A DNA stretch of 64,000 nucleotides, from assembly GCA_001464815.1 (NCBI GenBank), contig LNDW01000022.1:76290-140289 (forward strand). Reading direction: 5' to 3'. The position numbers were made by a program, and so were the translations under genes. Origin of the DNA: Betaproteobacteria bacterium Ga0077527. GTDB taxonomy: Bacteria; Pseudomonadota; Gammaproteobacteria; Burkholderiales; SG8-41. The notes under the pieces were generated by a model. The model was not told where the DNA came from. It saw only the letters and a list, made by a program, of their open reading frames with translations, and did no database searches. Shown in pieces: positions 28,202 through 36,295 of this stretch; position 1 is the stretch's first letter, and each line of letters opens with the position of its first letter.

Positions 28202-29455
28202 CTAACGTAATCTGACCCAGCTCAAGGGGTCGAAAGGCTTTCCAGCATGACGCATTTCAAAGTATAGCCCCGATTCCGGGTTGCCGCCGGAGTTGCCGAC
28301 GGTGGCAATGCTCTCGCCGCCGCGGATCGCGTCGCCGACCTGCTTCAGCAGCGCTTCGGTGTTGGCATAGAGTGTCATGTAGCTGTCGCCGTGGTCGATG
28401 ATCAGCAGGTTGCCAAAACCGCGCAGCCAGTCGGCATAGACCACGCGGCCGGCCGCCACCGCGCGTATTTCCTCGCCGTTCCGGGCGTTGATGAACACGC
28501 CTTTCCAGGTGATGCCGCCATCACTGCGTGGACTGCCGAAACGCCCGGCGAGTTCCCCGCGCACCGGCAATGCCAGCGAGCCGCGCAGCGCGGCGAAGGC
28601 GCGGCCTCCGGAGTCGCCGGGCAGCGCCTCGTTGCGCGGCCCCGGTCTCGCGGCGGCCGGTTGCCGCGGCGCCGGGCGCTCGCGGGTGATCCGGGTCAGT
28701 TGCTCGATCAGCCGGGTCAGGCGGTTTTCATTGGCCTGCAGTGAGCGGATCTGCTGCTGTTGCGCGCGGATGTCACGGGATACCCGGCTCAGCACGTCGG
28801 CACGGGCGCGTTTTTCCTTTTCCAGGCGTTTTTTCTGCGCTTCCTGTTCGGCGGCGATGCGCGCGATCGCCGCGGCCTCCTCGGCGATGTCGCGGCTGAT
28901 GCTTTCCAGTTCGGCAAGGTTGCCGCGCAGGCCCTCGACCAGGCGCGCGCGGGCACGCGCGACATAGCCGATGTAATGCATCTGCCGTGCCATGTCGTTG
29001 GGGTTTTCGCGGCCGAGCAGCAGGCGCATTGCGTCCGGCTCGCCCTGCAGGTACTGGCGGCGCAGCATGCGGCCCAGCGCCTCCTGCTGGCCACGCATCC
29101 GGGCCTCGGTGTCCTGCGCGGACTTGCGCAGGTCGCCGAGCTTGGCGCCGGATTCGCGCGACTGGCGCGACAGCTCGCGCAGTTCGCGATTGGCCTCCGA
29201 AATCCCGCGCTCCGATTCGCGCAGCGCATCGGAAGCCTCGGATTTGCTTTCCTCGGCGGCGGCGAGTTTTTTCTGCATCGACGAGATGCGGTCGCGCAGT
29301 TCGCGCAGCTCGTTACGTGCTTCGCTGGTGCTGGTCGCGGCAGACAGCGCAGGTTCCACTGGCAGCAGCAGCGCCGCGCACAGCACGAGATGTGTCACCA
29401 GCCGCGACTGGCCGGTGCTGCGTGGGTCAGCGGTCAGGAATTCAGGCAAATTCAA
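28202..29455 (-). CDS. EnvC-like murein hydrolase activator (coiled coil + M23/LytM domain)
   Basis: 417 aa with a long coiled coil (ELRELRDRISSMQKKLAAAEE..). The C-terminal LytM domain shows NLLIIDHGDSYMTLY and LYFEMRH. It overlaps gpmI by 14 nt, so a later start is possible. Confidence 0.85.
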   Translation of the reverse strand: MNLPEFLTADPRSTGQSRLVTHLVLCAALLLPVEPALSAATSTSEARNELRELRDRISSMQKKLAAAEESKSEASDALRESERGISEANRELRELSRQSRESGAKLGDLRKSAQDTEARMRGQQEALGRMLRRQYLQGEPDAMRLLLGRENPNDMARQMHYIGYVARARARLVEGLRGNLAELESISRDIAEEAAAIARIAAEQEAQKKRLEKEKRARADVLSRVSRDIRAQQQQIRSLQANENRLTRLIEQLTRITRERPAPRQPAAARPGPRNEALPGDSGGRAFAALRGSLALPVRGELAGRFGSPRSDGGITWKGVFINARNGEEIRAVAAGRVVYADWLRGFGNLLIIDHGDSYMTLYANTEALLKQVGDAIRGGESIATVGNSGGNPESGLYFEMRHAGKPFDPLSWVRLR

Positions 29456-30977
29456 GCAGGCAGCGCCCGGTCATCACCGCGGGCTGGGGCAGCCCCATTA
29501 TCGCCAGCAGCGTCGGCGCCACGTCCTGCAGCGCACCGCCGTCGGCCATTTTCGCCTTGCGGCCGATGTAGAGCAGCGGCACCAGGTTCAGCGTGTGCGC
29601 GGTATGCGGCTGTTGCGAGTCCTCGTCGCGCATGGTCTCGGCGTTGCCGTGGTCGGCGGTGATCAGCACCTCGCCGCCGATTTCGCGCATCGCCTCCACC
29701 GCGCGGCCGATACACTCGTCGAGCACCTCAATCGCGCGTGTGGCGGCTTCAAGGTTGCCGGTGTGGCCGACCATGTCGCCGTTGGCGAAATTGCAGACGA
29801 TGGCGTGGTACTGCTTCGAGCGGATCGCCGCCACCAGTTTGTCGGTGACTTCGCGCGCGCTCATCTCCGGCTGCAGGTCGTAGGTGGCGACCTTGGGTGA
29901 GGGCACCATGATGCGTTCCTCGCCGGGATAGGGTGCCTCGATGCCGCCGTTGAAAAAATAGGTGACATGCGCGTACTTCTCGGTCTCGGCGATGCGCAAC
30001 TGGCGCAGGCCGTGTTTCGAGATGATCTCGCCGAAGCCCTGGTTGATGACCTGCGGGCCGAAAGCCGCGGGCAGGTGGTCGAAATCATCGCCGTAGCGTG
30101 TCAGTGTGCAGTAGTACGCCAGCTTCGGCACCCTCGCCCTGGTGAAGCCGCTGAAACCGGGGTCGGTCAGCGCGGCGGTGAGCTGGCGCGCACGGTCGGC
30201 GCGGAAATTCATGAACACCGCGGCATCACCGTCGCTGATGCGCGCGGGCTGCATGCCGGCGGGCACGATCACTGTGGCCTTGACGAATTCGTCGGTCTCG
30301 TTGCGGGCATAGGCTGCTTTCAGCGCGGACAGCGCATCCGGCGCGGTGTACGGGGCCTTGCCATCGACGATAAGGTCGTAGGCGGCCTGCACACGGTCCC
30401 AGCGCTGGTCGCGGTCCATCGCGAAATAGCGGCCGCAGACCGAGGCGATACGCGCGTTGCCCAGCGCGCGGCATTTTTCCCCGAGCGCTTTCAGTGACGC
30501 TTCCGCGCTCTGCGGCGGAGTGTCACGGCCATCGACAAAGGCGTGTACGGCGATCTGTCCGGCACCTTTTTTCGCGGCCAGCTCAAGCAGGGCGTGGATC
30601 TGCGACTCGTGGCTGTGTACGCCGCCGGGTGAGAGCAGACCCAGCACGTGCAACGTGGCGTTTTTTGCACTGCCGATGAGTTGGTCGAACACCGGGTTGC
30701 CGGCGAATTCGCCGGTTTCGATGGCGTGCTCTATCTTGGTGTAGTCCTGGTAGACCACGCGGCCGGCGCCGATGTTCATGTGGCCAACTTCCGAGTTGCC
30801 CATCTGCTGCGGCGGCAGGCCCACCCACTTCTCGCTGGCGTCGATGATGCCGTGCGGGCAGGTTTTCCAGAGCACGTTCCAGTGCGGCTTGCGCGCCTGG
30901 CAGATGGCGTTGTCCTCGCAGGCTTCGCGATGACCGAAACCGTCGAGGATGATAAGCAGTGCCGGCGTTATCGACAT
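29442..30977 (-). CDS. gpmI: 2,3-bisphosphoglycerate-independent phosphoglycerate mutase
   Basis: 511 aa. Motifs: LLIILDGFG, GNSEVGHMNIGAGR, ITADHGNAE. Confidence 0.95.
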   Translation of the reverse strand: MSITPALLIILDGFGHREACEDNAICQARKPHWNVLWKTCPHGIIDASEKWVGLPPQQMGNSEVGHMNIGAGRVVYQDYTKIEHAIETGEFAGNPVFDQLIGSAKNATLHVLGLLSPGGVHSHESQIHALLELAAKKGAGQIAVHAFVDGRDTPPQSAEASLKALGEKCRALGNARIASVCGRYFAMDRDQRWDRVQAAYDLIVDGKAPYTAPDALSALKAAYARNETDEFVKATVIVPAGMQPARISDGDAAVFMNFRADRARQLTAALTDPGFSGFTRARVPKLAYYCTLTRYGDDFDHLPAAFGPQVINQGFGEIISKHGLRQLRIAETEKYAHVTYFFNGGIEAPYPGEERIMVPSPKVATYDLQPEMSAREVTDKLVAAIRSKQYHAIVCNFANGDMVGHTGNLEAATRAIEVLDECIGRAVEAMREIGGEVLITADHGNAETMRDEDSQQPHTAHTLNLVPLLYIGRKAKMADGGALQDVAPTLLAIMGLPQPAVMTGRCLLEFA

Positions 30978-31070
30978 GATGTTATGTACATGATTTTATT
31001 CAGAAAATTGGCTGCGCTTGTTACAATGTGATTTTAAATCATTTCAACCCTTCACATTTCATCTACCTGC

Positions 31071-32825
31071 GTGTCCGCGATCCCGCTGCCCGAACGCTGC
31101 TGCCTTGCGCTGGTTGCGCTGTTGTGCGCGCTGCCCTTCCTGCAGCCCTATCACCTCAATCCACTGACCGCGTTTTATTCGGAGTGGCTGGCGTTTGTGC
31201 TGGGTTGCGGCGTTGCGCTGGTGCTGCTGCTGCGCCGCGCCTGGAGCGGTGACTGCCTGCCCTGGCTGGTGCTCGCGCCCCTGCTGCTGGCGCTGCTGAT
31301 GTTCATGCATGGCGTATTCGACCGTTCGCCGTATTTTGGCCAGGCACTGACCGCAGCGCTGTACCTGCTGTGGGCGGCGCTGCTGGTGGTCGCTGGCGCC
31401 GCGCTGACCCGCCTCGCCGGGCGTGATCTTCTGCTCGACACCCTGGCGGCGGGGCTTGCGTTCGGCGCGCTGGCCGGTGCGATGGTCGGCCTGATCCAGC
31501 ACCTGCAATGGCCGACGCTGCTCGACGCCTGGGTCGCCCGCGCCACCAGCGCCGCGATTTTCGGCAACGTCGCGCAGGCCAACCATTTCGCGGCCTGCAC
31601 AACGCTGGGCCTGTTTGCTTTTGCCCACCTGCAGCAGCGCGCACGCATCGGCGTGATCGTGCTGGTGATCGCCGCGACACCGATGCTGCTGGTGCTGGGC
31701 CTGTCAGGCTCGCGCGCGGCCGCATTGTACTTGTTCGCCGCGCTGCTGCTGGCGGTATGGCTGCGCGGCCGTGGTGCCAATGACAGGGACCGGCTGGTGA
31801 AGATCTGTGTCGCCTATGTCCTCGCCTATGTGCTGCTGCAGGTCCTGGTCGGCAGCGGCGTGCTGCAGGGCGCGCCGCGCGAAGTGGTGACCGCGGCGGA
31901 ACGGATGATCGACGGCGCGGCCAGCATCCACGACCGGCTGCGGCTGTGGCAGTCGGCGTGGCTGATGTTCCTCGATCATCCGCTGCTGGGGGCCGGGTGG
32001 GGACGGTTTGCCTACGGTTTTTTCGCGCAGGCGGCGCTGTTTTACCCCGAGGGCGGTTATCAGCTCTACCACCACGCCCACAACCTGCCGCTGCAGCTGC
32101 TCGCCGAAACCGGACTTGCCGGACTGGCCTGCCTGCTGCTGCCGGCCTGGTTTGCCTGGCGGCGCGCGCCCGCGGCGCGGTCCGGAGACAGCGGGAACAT
32201 CTGGCTGCTGGCGGCGCTGGGTGCGACCATCGGCCTGCACAGCCTGCTTGAGTATCCGCTGTGGTACGCCTATTTTCTCGGACCCGCGGCGCTGTTGCTG
32301 GGCGCCGCGCCGCAAGCGGCGGGCAGCCTGCGGTTGCCGGCGCTGTGGCGCATGGCCAGTGTGCTGCTCCTCGCCGGAGGCCTGTTCAATCTGGGTGTGC
32401 TGTGGCGGGAATACCGCGCCTTCGAAGGCCTGTTCCGTGCCAGCGCCCCGGCGATTTCCGCGGCTGAACAGGCTGCCTTGCTGTCACGGCTGCACCGCAA
32501 TCCGCTGCTGCGCCATTACGTCGAGGTCGCCTATACCCTGCCGGCGCGGCCACGGATCGACGAACTGGACCGCCAGCTCTACGCCAACACCCGCGCGCTG
32601 GCCCATGTGCCGGTCGACAGCCTGGCTTGGCGTCAGGCGCTGCTGCTGGCGCTGGCCGGACGCGAGCAGGAGGCGCGGCAGGCGCTGCTGCTTGCGGCTG
32701 CCGCCTATCCGCAGCCGCCGCGGGATTACCAGGAGGCATTGCGGCGTTTTGCCGTGGTCCAGCCGGAGCGGCTGCGGCCTCTGCTAGAATTCGCCGCCAA
32801 TTCGCCGAAAACCACAAAGCCCTGA
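31071..32825 (+). CDS. O-antigen-ligase-family membrane protein, PglL-like O-oligosaccharyltransferase architecture
   Basis: 584 aa with a GTG start and more than 10 TM segments. The Wzy_C-type loop shows YHHAHNLPLQLLAETGLAG. A soluble C-terminal extension (ALLLALAGREQEARQALLLAAAAYPQPPRDYQEAL) resembles the tail of PglL-type enzymes. The substrate is not deducible from the sequence. Confidence 0.7.
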   Translation: MSAIPLPERCCLALVALLCALPFLQPYHLNPLTAFYSEWLAFVLGCGVALVLLLRRAWSGDCLPWLVLAPLLLALLMFMHGVFDRSPYFGQALTAALYLLWAALLVVAGAALTRLAGRDLLLDTLAAGLAFGALAGAMVGLIQHLQWPTLLDAWVARATSAAIFGNVAQANHFAACTTLGLFAFAHLQQRARIGVIVLVIAATPMLLVLGLSGSRAAALYLFAALLLAVWLRGRGANDRDRLVKICVAYVLAYVLLQVLVGSGVLQGAPREVVTAAERMIDGAASIHDRLRLWQSAWLMFLDHPLLGAGWGRFAYGFFAQAALFYPEGGYQLYHHAHNLPLQLLAETGLAGLACLLLPAWFAWRRAPAARSGDSGNIWLLAALGATIGLHSLLEYPLWYAYFLGPAALLLGAAPQAAGSLRLPALWRMASVLLLAGGLFNLGVLWREYRAFEGLFRASAPAISAAEQAALLSRLHRNPLLRHYVEVAYTLPARPRIDELDRQLYANTRALAHVPVDSLAWRQALLLALAGREQEARQALLLAAAAYPQPPRDYQEALRRFAVVQPERLRPLLEFAANSPKTTKP

Positions 32826-32884
32826 ACTGCCTGCCGAGGCCGCCACGTGCGGCGGGGGCCTGACAACCACTCCCCAGACCCGCA

Positions 32885-33319
32885 ATGGAATCCTTTTTCA
32901 TCTACATCCAGAAAAGCCCGTTCAACATGATGTTGTTCGGCGGCGCGCTGGCGAGCGGCGTGATGCTGCTGTGGCCGCTGCTGGTGAAACCTTTCCGCGC
33001 CGGCAAGGAAGTCGGTCCCTTCGAGGCTGTGCAACTGATCAACCGCAACGACGCGCTGGTGATCGACCTGCGCGATACCGGCGAATACGAGGCCGGCCAC
33101 ATTTCCGGCGCGCGCCACCTGCCGGAACGGCAACTGGTCGAGCGCCTGCCGGAGCTGGAGAAATTCAAGGAGCGCGCGCTGGTCGTCGCCTGCCGCAGCG
33201 GCATGCGCGCCAGCGCCGCGGTGCATGTCCTGCGCCGCAACGGTTTCAACCAGGCGGTTGGTCTGCGCGGCGGTATCAGCGCCTGGGAGCAGGCCGGGAT
33301 GCCGCTGCAGAAAAAATGA
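32885..33319 (+). CDS. Membrane-anchored rhodanese-domain protein
   Basis: 144 aa with an N-terminal TM segment. Rhodanese signature: VIDLRDTGEYEAGHISGARHLP, active-site loop VVACRSGMRAS. Confidence 0.85.
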   Translation: MESFFIYIQKSPFNMMLFGGALASGVMLLWPLLVKPFRAGKEVGPFEAVQLINRNDALVIDLRDTGEYEAGHISGARHLPERQLVERLPELEKFKERALVVACRSGMRASAAVHVLRRNGFNQAVGLRGGISAWEQAGMPLQKK

Positions 33320-33339
33320 ATCCGCAGGAGACCTGATTC

Positions 33340-33597
33340 ATGGCCAGGGTTCGCATGTATTCCACCGCGGTCTGCCCGTACTGCCAGATGGCCGAGCGCC
33401 TGCTGCGCGGCAAGGGGGTCGCCGACATCGAAAAAATCCGCATCGACACCGATCCCGCGATGCGTGAAGAGATGATGCAGAAAACCGGCCGTCGCACCGT
33501 GCCGCAGATTTACATCGGCGACACCCACGTCGGCGGTTATGACGATCTCGCCGCTCTGGACCGCAGCGGCGGTCTCGATCCGCTGCTCGCGGCATGA
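33340..33597 (+). CDS. grxC: Glutaredoxin 3
   Basis: 85 aa. Motifs: CPYC, TVPQIYIGDTHVGGYDDL. Confidence 0.9.
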   Translation: MARVRMYSTAVCPYCQMAERLLRGKGVADIEKIRIDTDPAMREEMMQKTGRRTVPQIYIGDTHVGGYDDLAALDRSGGLDPLLAA

Positions 33598-33628
33598 GCG
33601 CATCCACTTCATTCACCGGAATCCAGGC

Positions 33629-34123
33629 ATGAGCGAACAGCCCCAGCAGCAGCCCCAGCAAGCGCAATTCGGCATCCAGAAAATCTATCTGAAGGACCTG
33701 TCCCTGGAGATTCCCAACGCGCCGCAGATTTTTCTGCAGCCGGATGCACCGGACATCGACATCCAGGTCCACAACAGCGCCGCCGAGCTCGATGCGGCGA
33801 ACGGGCTCTACGAGGCGGTGCTCACGGTGACCGTGACCGCCAAGGTCAAGGACAAGACCGCGTTTCTGGTCGAGGCCGCGCATGCCGGGATTTTCCAGAT
33901 ACTCAACCTGCCGCCGCAGGAACTGGATGCCGTGCTCGGCATCCTCTGCCCGAACACGCTGCTGCCCTACGCCCGTGAAACCGTGTCGAGTGTGTTGATC
34001 CGCGCCGGTTTCCCGCCGGTGGTGCTGCAGCACATGAGTTTTGATGCAGCCTACCAGGAACGCCTGCGCCAAATGCAGGAGGCGCAGCAGGGCCAGCCGG
34101 CGCCGGCCGGGGCTGCGGGCTGA
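33629..34123 (+). CDS. secB: Protein-export chaperone SecB
   Basis: Track ORF 33539..34123. I prefer the ATG at 33629. Motifs: FGIQKIYLKDLSLEIPNAP, CPNTLLPYARETVSSVLIRAGFPPVVL. Confidence 0.9.
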   Translation: MSEQPQQQPQQAQFGIQKIYLKDLSLEIPNAPQIFLQPDAPDIDIQVHNSAAELDAANGLYEAVLTVTVTAKVKDKTAFLVEAAHAGIFQILNLPPQELDAVLGILCPNTLLPYARETVSSVLIRAGFPPVVLQHMSFDAAYQERLRQMQEAQQGQPAPAGAAG

Positions 34124-34128
34124 GTACC

Positions 34129-34614
34129 ATGCCGGCGCGCCGTTCCGCGCGGTTTTTTGCGCCGTTTTTTGCGTTTTCTATCGCGCCGCTTTTCGTGTCG
34201 ATTCTTGCGCTGGCGCCGTTTGCCGTGGCCGCGGCCGAGTTCCGCGCCGCCGCCGACAACGCGGTGATCCTCTACGACGCCCCCTCTACCAAGGGCCGCA
34301 AGCTGTTCATCGTCAACCGCGGTTATCCCCTTGAAGTGGTGGTGCAGGTCGAAGGCTGGACCAAGGTGCGGGATGCCACCGGCGCCCTGTCCTGGGCCGA
34401 GGCGAAGCTGCTCGACAACAGCCGCAACGTGCTGGTGCGCGCGGCCAGCGCGACGCTGCGCCAGAAACCCGCCGACGATGCGCCCGCGGTGGCCGAGGTG
34501 CGGCGCGACGTACTGCTCGAACTGGTCGAGCGCCCGGCAGGCGGCTGGGTCCAGGTGCGCCACCGCGACGGCAGCAGCGGTTTCCTGCGCGCCGCCGATG
34601 TCTGGGGCGGCTGA
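34129..34614 (+). CDS. Exported bacterial SH3-domain protein
   Basis: 161 aa with a signal/anchor. There are two SH3-like units (VILYDAPSTKGRKLFIVNRGYPLEVV..WTKVRD and ATLRQKPADDAPAVAEV..WVQVRHRDGSSGFL). Confidence 0.6.
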   Translation: MPARRSARFFAPFFAFSIAPLFVSILALAPFAVAAAEFRAAADNAVILYDAPSTKGRKLFIVNRGYPLEVVVQVEGWTKVRDATGALSWAEAKLLDNSRNVLVRAASATLRQKPADDAPAVAEVRRDVLLELVERPAGGWVQVRHRDGSSGFLRAADVWGG

Positions 34615-34639
34615 GCGGCTGTCCGCCAGCGGCTGAACG

Positions 34640-35635
34640 ATGAACATCACCATCCTCGGCGGCGGCGCCTGGGGCAGCGCGCTGGCGATCAGCCTCGCGG
34701 CCGCGCACCGGGTGACACTGTGGGCGCGTGATCCCGTCCAGGCCGCGGCGATGGCGCGCGAGCGCCGCAATAAAAAATATCTCCCTGATGCCGCGTTTCC
34801 CGAAGCACTGCAGATCGCCACCGATCTGCCCCAGGCGCTGCGTGACAGCGAGTGTGTGATTGTCGCGGTGACGGTGGCCGGATTGCGCGGCATCCTCCGG
34901 CAATTGCGCGATTCCGCGGTGACCGTGCCGGTGGTCTGGTTGTGCAAGGGTTTCGAGCAGCCGCAGGCAAAATTGCCGCATGAGGTGTTCAGCGAGGTGA
35001 TGGCCCCCAACCATCCGCATGCGGTGCTGTCCGGGCCGAGTTTCGCGCAGGAGGTGGCCGCCGGACTGCCCGCGGCGCTGACCCTGGCTTCGGCGCAGCC
35101 CGCGGTGGCGAACCGGCTGGCGCAGGCCCTGCACGGCGGCACGCTGCGCGTCTATTCACACGATGACGTGATCGGCGTCGAAGTCGGCGGCGCAGTGAAA
35201 AACGTGATGGCGATTGCCGCCGGTGTCGGTGACGGTTTCGGACTCGGGCTCAATGCGCGCGCCGCGCTGATCACCCGCGGCCTCGCCGAAATGACCCGCC
35301 TTGGCCTGGCGCTGGGTGCGCGCGCCGAGACCTTCATGGGTTTGTCCGGCATCGGCGACCTGATCCTGACCTGCACCGGCGACCTGTCGCGCAACCGCCG
35401 CGTCGGCCTCGCGCTGGCGCGCGGCGAGGCGGTGGCGGCGGCGCAGGCCGGGCTCGGCCATGTCGCCGAGGGCGTGTTCACCGCAGCCGAAGTGCAGCGC
35501 CGCGCGCGTGCGCTGGGTGTCGAGACGCCGATCACCGACGCGGTATGCCGTGTGCTCGAAGCGCCGCAGCGTGCCGCCGATGTGGTGCGTGAACTGCTCG
35601 CGCGTGATGCCAGGCCCGAGCACGGGCGGCGCTGA
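34640..35635 (+). CDS. gpsA: NAD(P)H-dependent glycerol-3-phosphate dehydrogenase
   Basis: 331 aa. Motifs: MNITILGGGAWGSALA, GPSFAQEV, KNVMAIAAG, GDLILTCTGDLSRNRRVG. Confidence 0.93.
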   Translation: MNITILGGGAWGSALAISLAAAHRVTLWARDPVQAAAMARERRNKKYLPDAAFPEALQIATDLPQALRDSECVIVAVTVAGLRGILRQLRDSAVTVPVVWLCKGFEQPQAKLPHEVFSEVMAPNHPHAVLSGPSFAQEVAAGLPAALTLASAQPAVANRLAQALHGGTLRVYSHDDVIGVEVGGAVKNVMAIAAGVGDGFGLGLNARAALITRGLAEMTRLGLALGARAETFMGLSGIGDLILTCTGDLSRNRRVGLALARGEAVAAAQAGLGHVAEGVFTAAEVQRRARALGVETPITDAVCRVLEAPQRAADVVRELLARDARPEHGRR

Positions 35636-35658
35636 ACGCCGGTCCAGCCCCGCCCGGC

Positions 35659-36138
35659 TTAATCGCCGCCCCTGAAATCCAGTTGTCGCCACGCCTCATA
35701 GACCACCACCGCCACGGCATTGGCGAGGTTCAGGCTGCGGTTGCCGGCGCACATCGGCAACCGCAGGCGTTGATCTGGCGGCAGTGATTCCAGCAATTCC
35801 GCCGGCAGGCCGCGGGTTTCGGGGCCGAACAGCAGCACGTCGTTTTCGGCAAAGGCCGCGCGGTCGTGGCGTGTGACGCCGCGGGTGCTGAATGCGTAAA
35901 GGCGCGCACCACAGCCGCGTTTGCCCAGCACGGCCTGACAGGCGGCCCAGTCATCATGCAAGATCAGTTGCGCCCGGTCGTGGTAATCGAGTCCGGCGCG
36001 CGCCAGCGTGCGGTCATTCAGCGTGAAGCCGAGCGGACGCACCAGATGCAGCCGCGCGCCGGTGTTGGCGGCCAGCCGGATGATGTTGCCGGTATTGGGT
36101 GCGATCTCGGGTTGGTAGAGGACGATGTCGAACATCAC
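35659..36138 (-). CDS. trmL: tRNA (cytidine/uridine-34 2'-O)-methyltransferase, SpoU/TrmL class
   Basis: 159 aa. Motifs: IVLYQPEIAPNTGNIIRLAANTG, LLFGPETRGLP, SLNLANAVAVVVYEAWRQ. Confidence 0.88.
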   Translation of the reverse strand: MMFDIVLYQPEIAPNTGNIIRLAANTGARLHLVRPLGFTLNDRTLARAGLDYHDRAQLILHDDWAACQAVLGKRGCGARLYAFSTRGVTRHDRAAFAENDVLLFGPETRGLPAELLESLPPDQRLRLPMCAGNRSLNLANAVAVVVYEAWRQLDFRGGD

Positions 36139-36295
36139 GGCCGGGGTTGGGTTGTCACCTGAGGCTGAACAGGATATCCTTATTTATCAATGAGATGCGT
36201 CGCGCCGTCGGGGTGGGGCCTGCACCAGCAGGCTCAAGCTTGTGCGGAAATCTGCCGATGCACGGCTCCGATACCCTATTTTGAGTGATCAGCAC

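Noticed and set aside
36195-36284. 29-codon ORF (MRRAVGVGPAPAGSSLCGNLPMHGSDTLF) in the trmL-mshE spacer, starting within the shared 14-mer
   Set aside because: It has no Shine-Dalgarno and no recognisable feature, and it overlaps the alternative GTG start region of mshE. It is most likely non-coding leader sequence.
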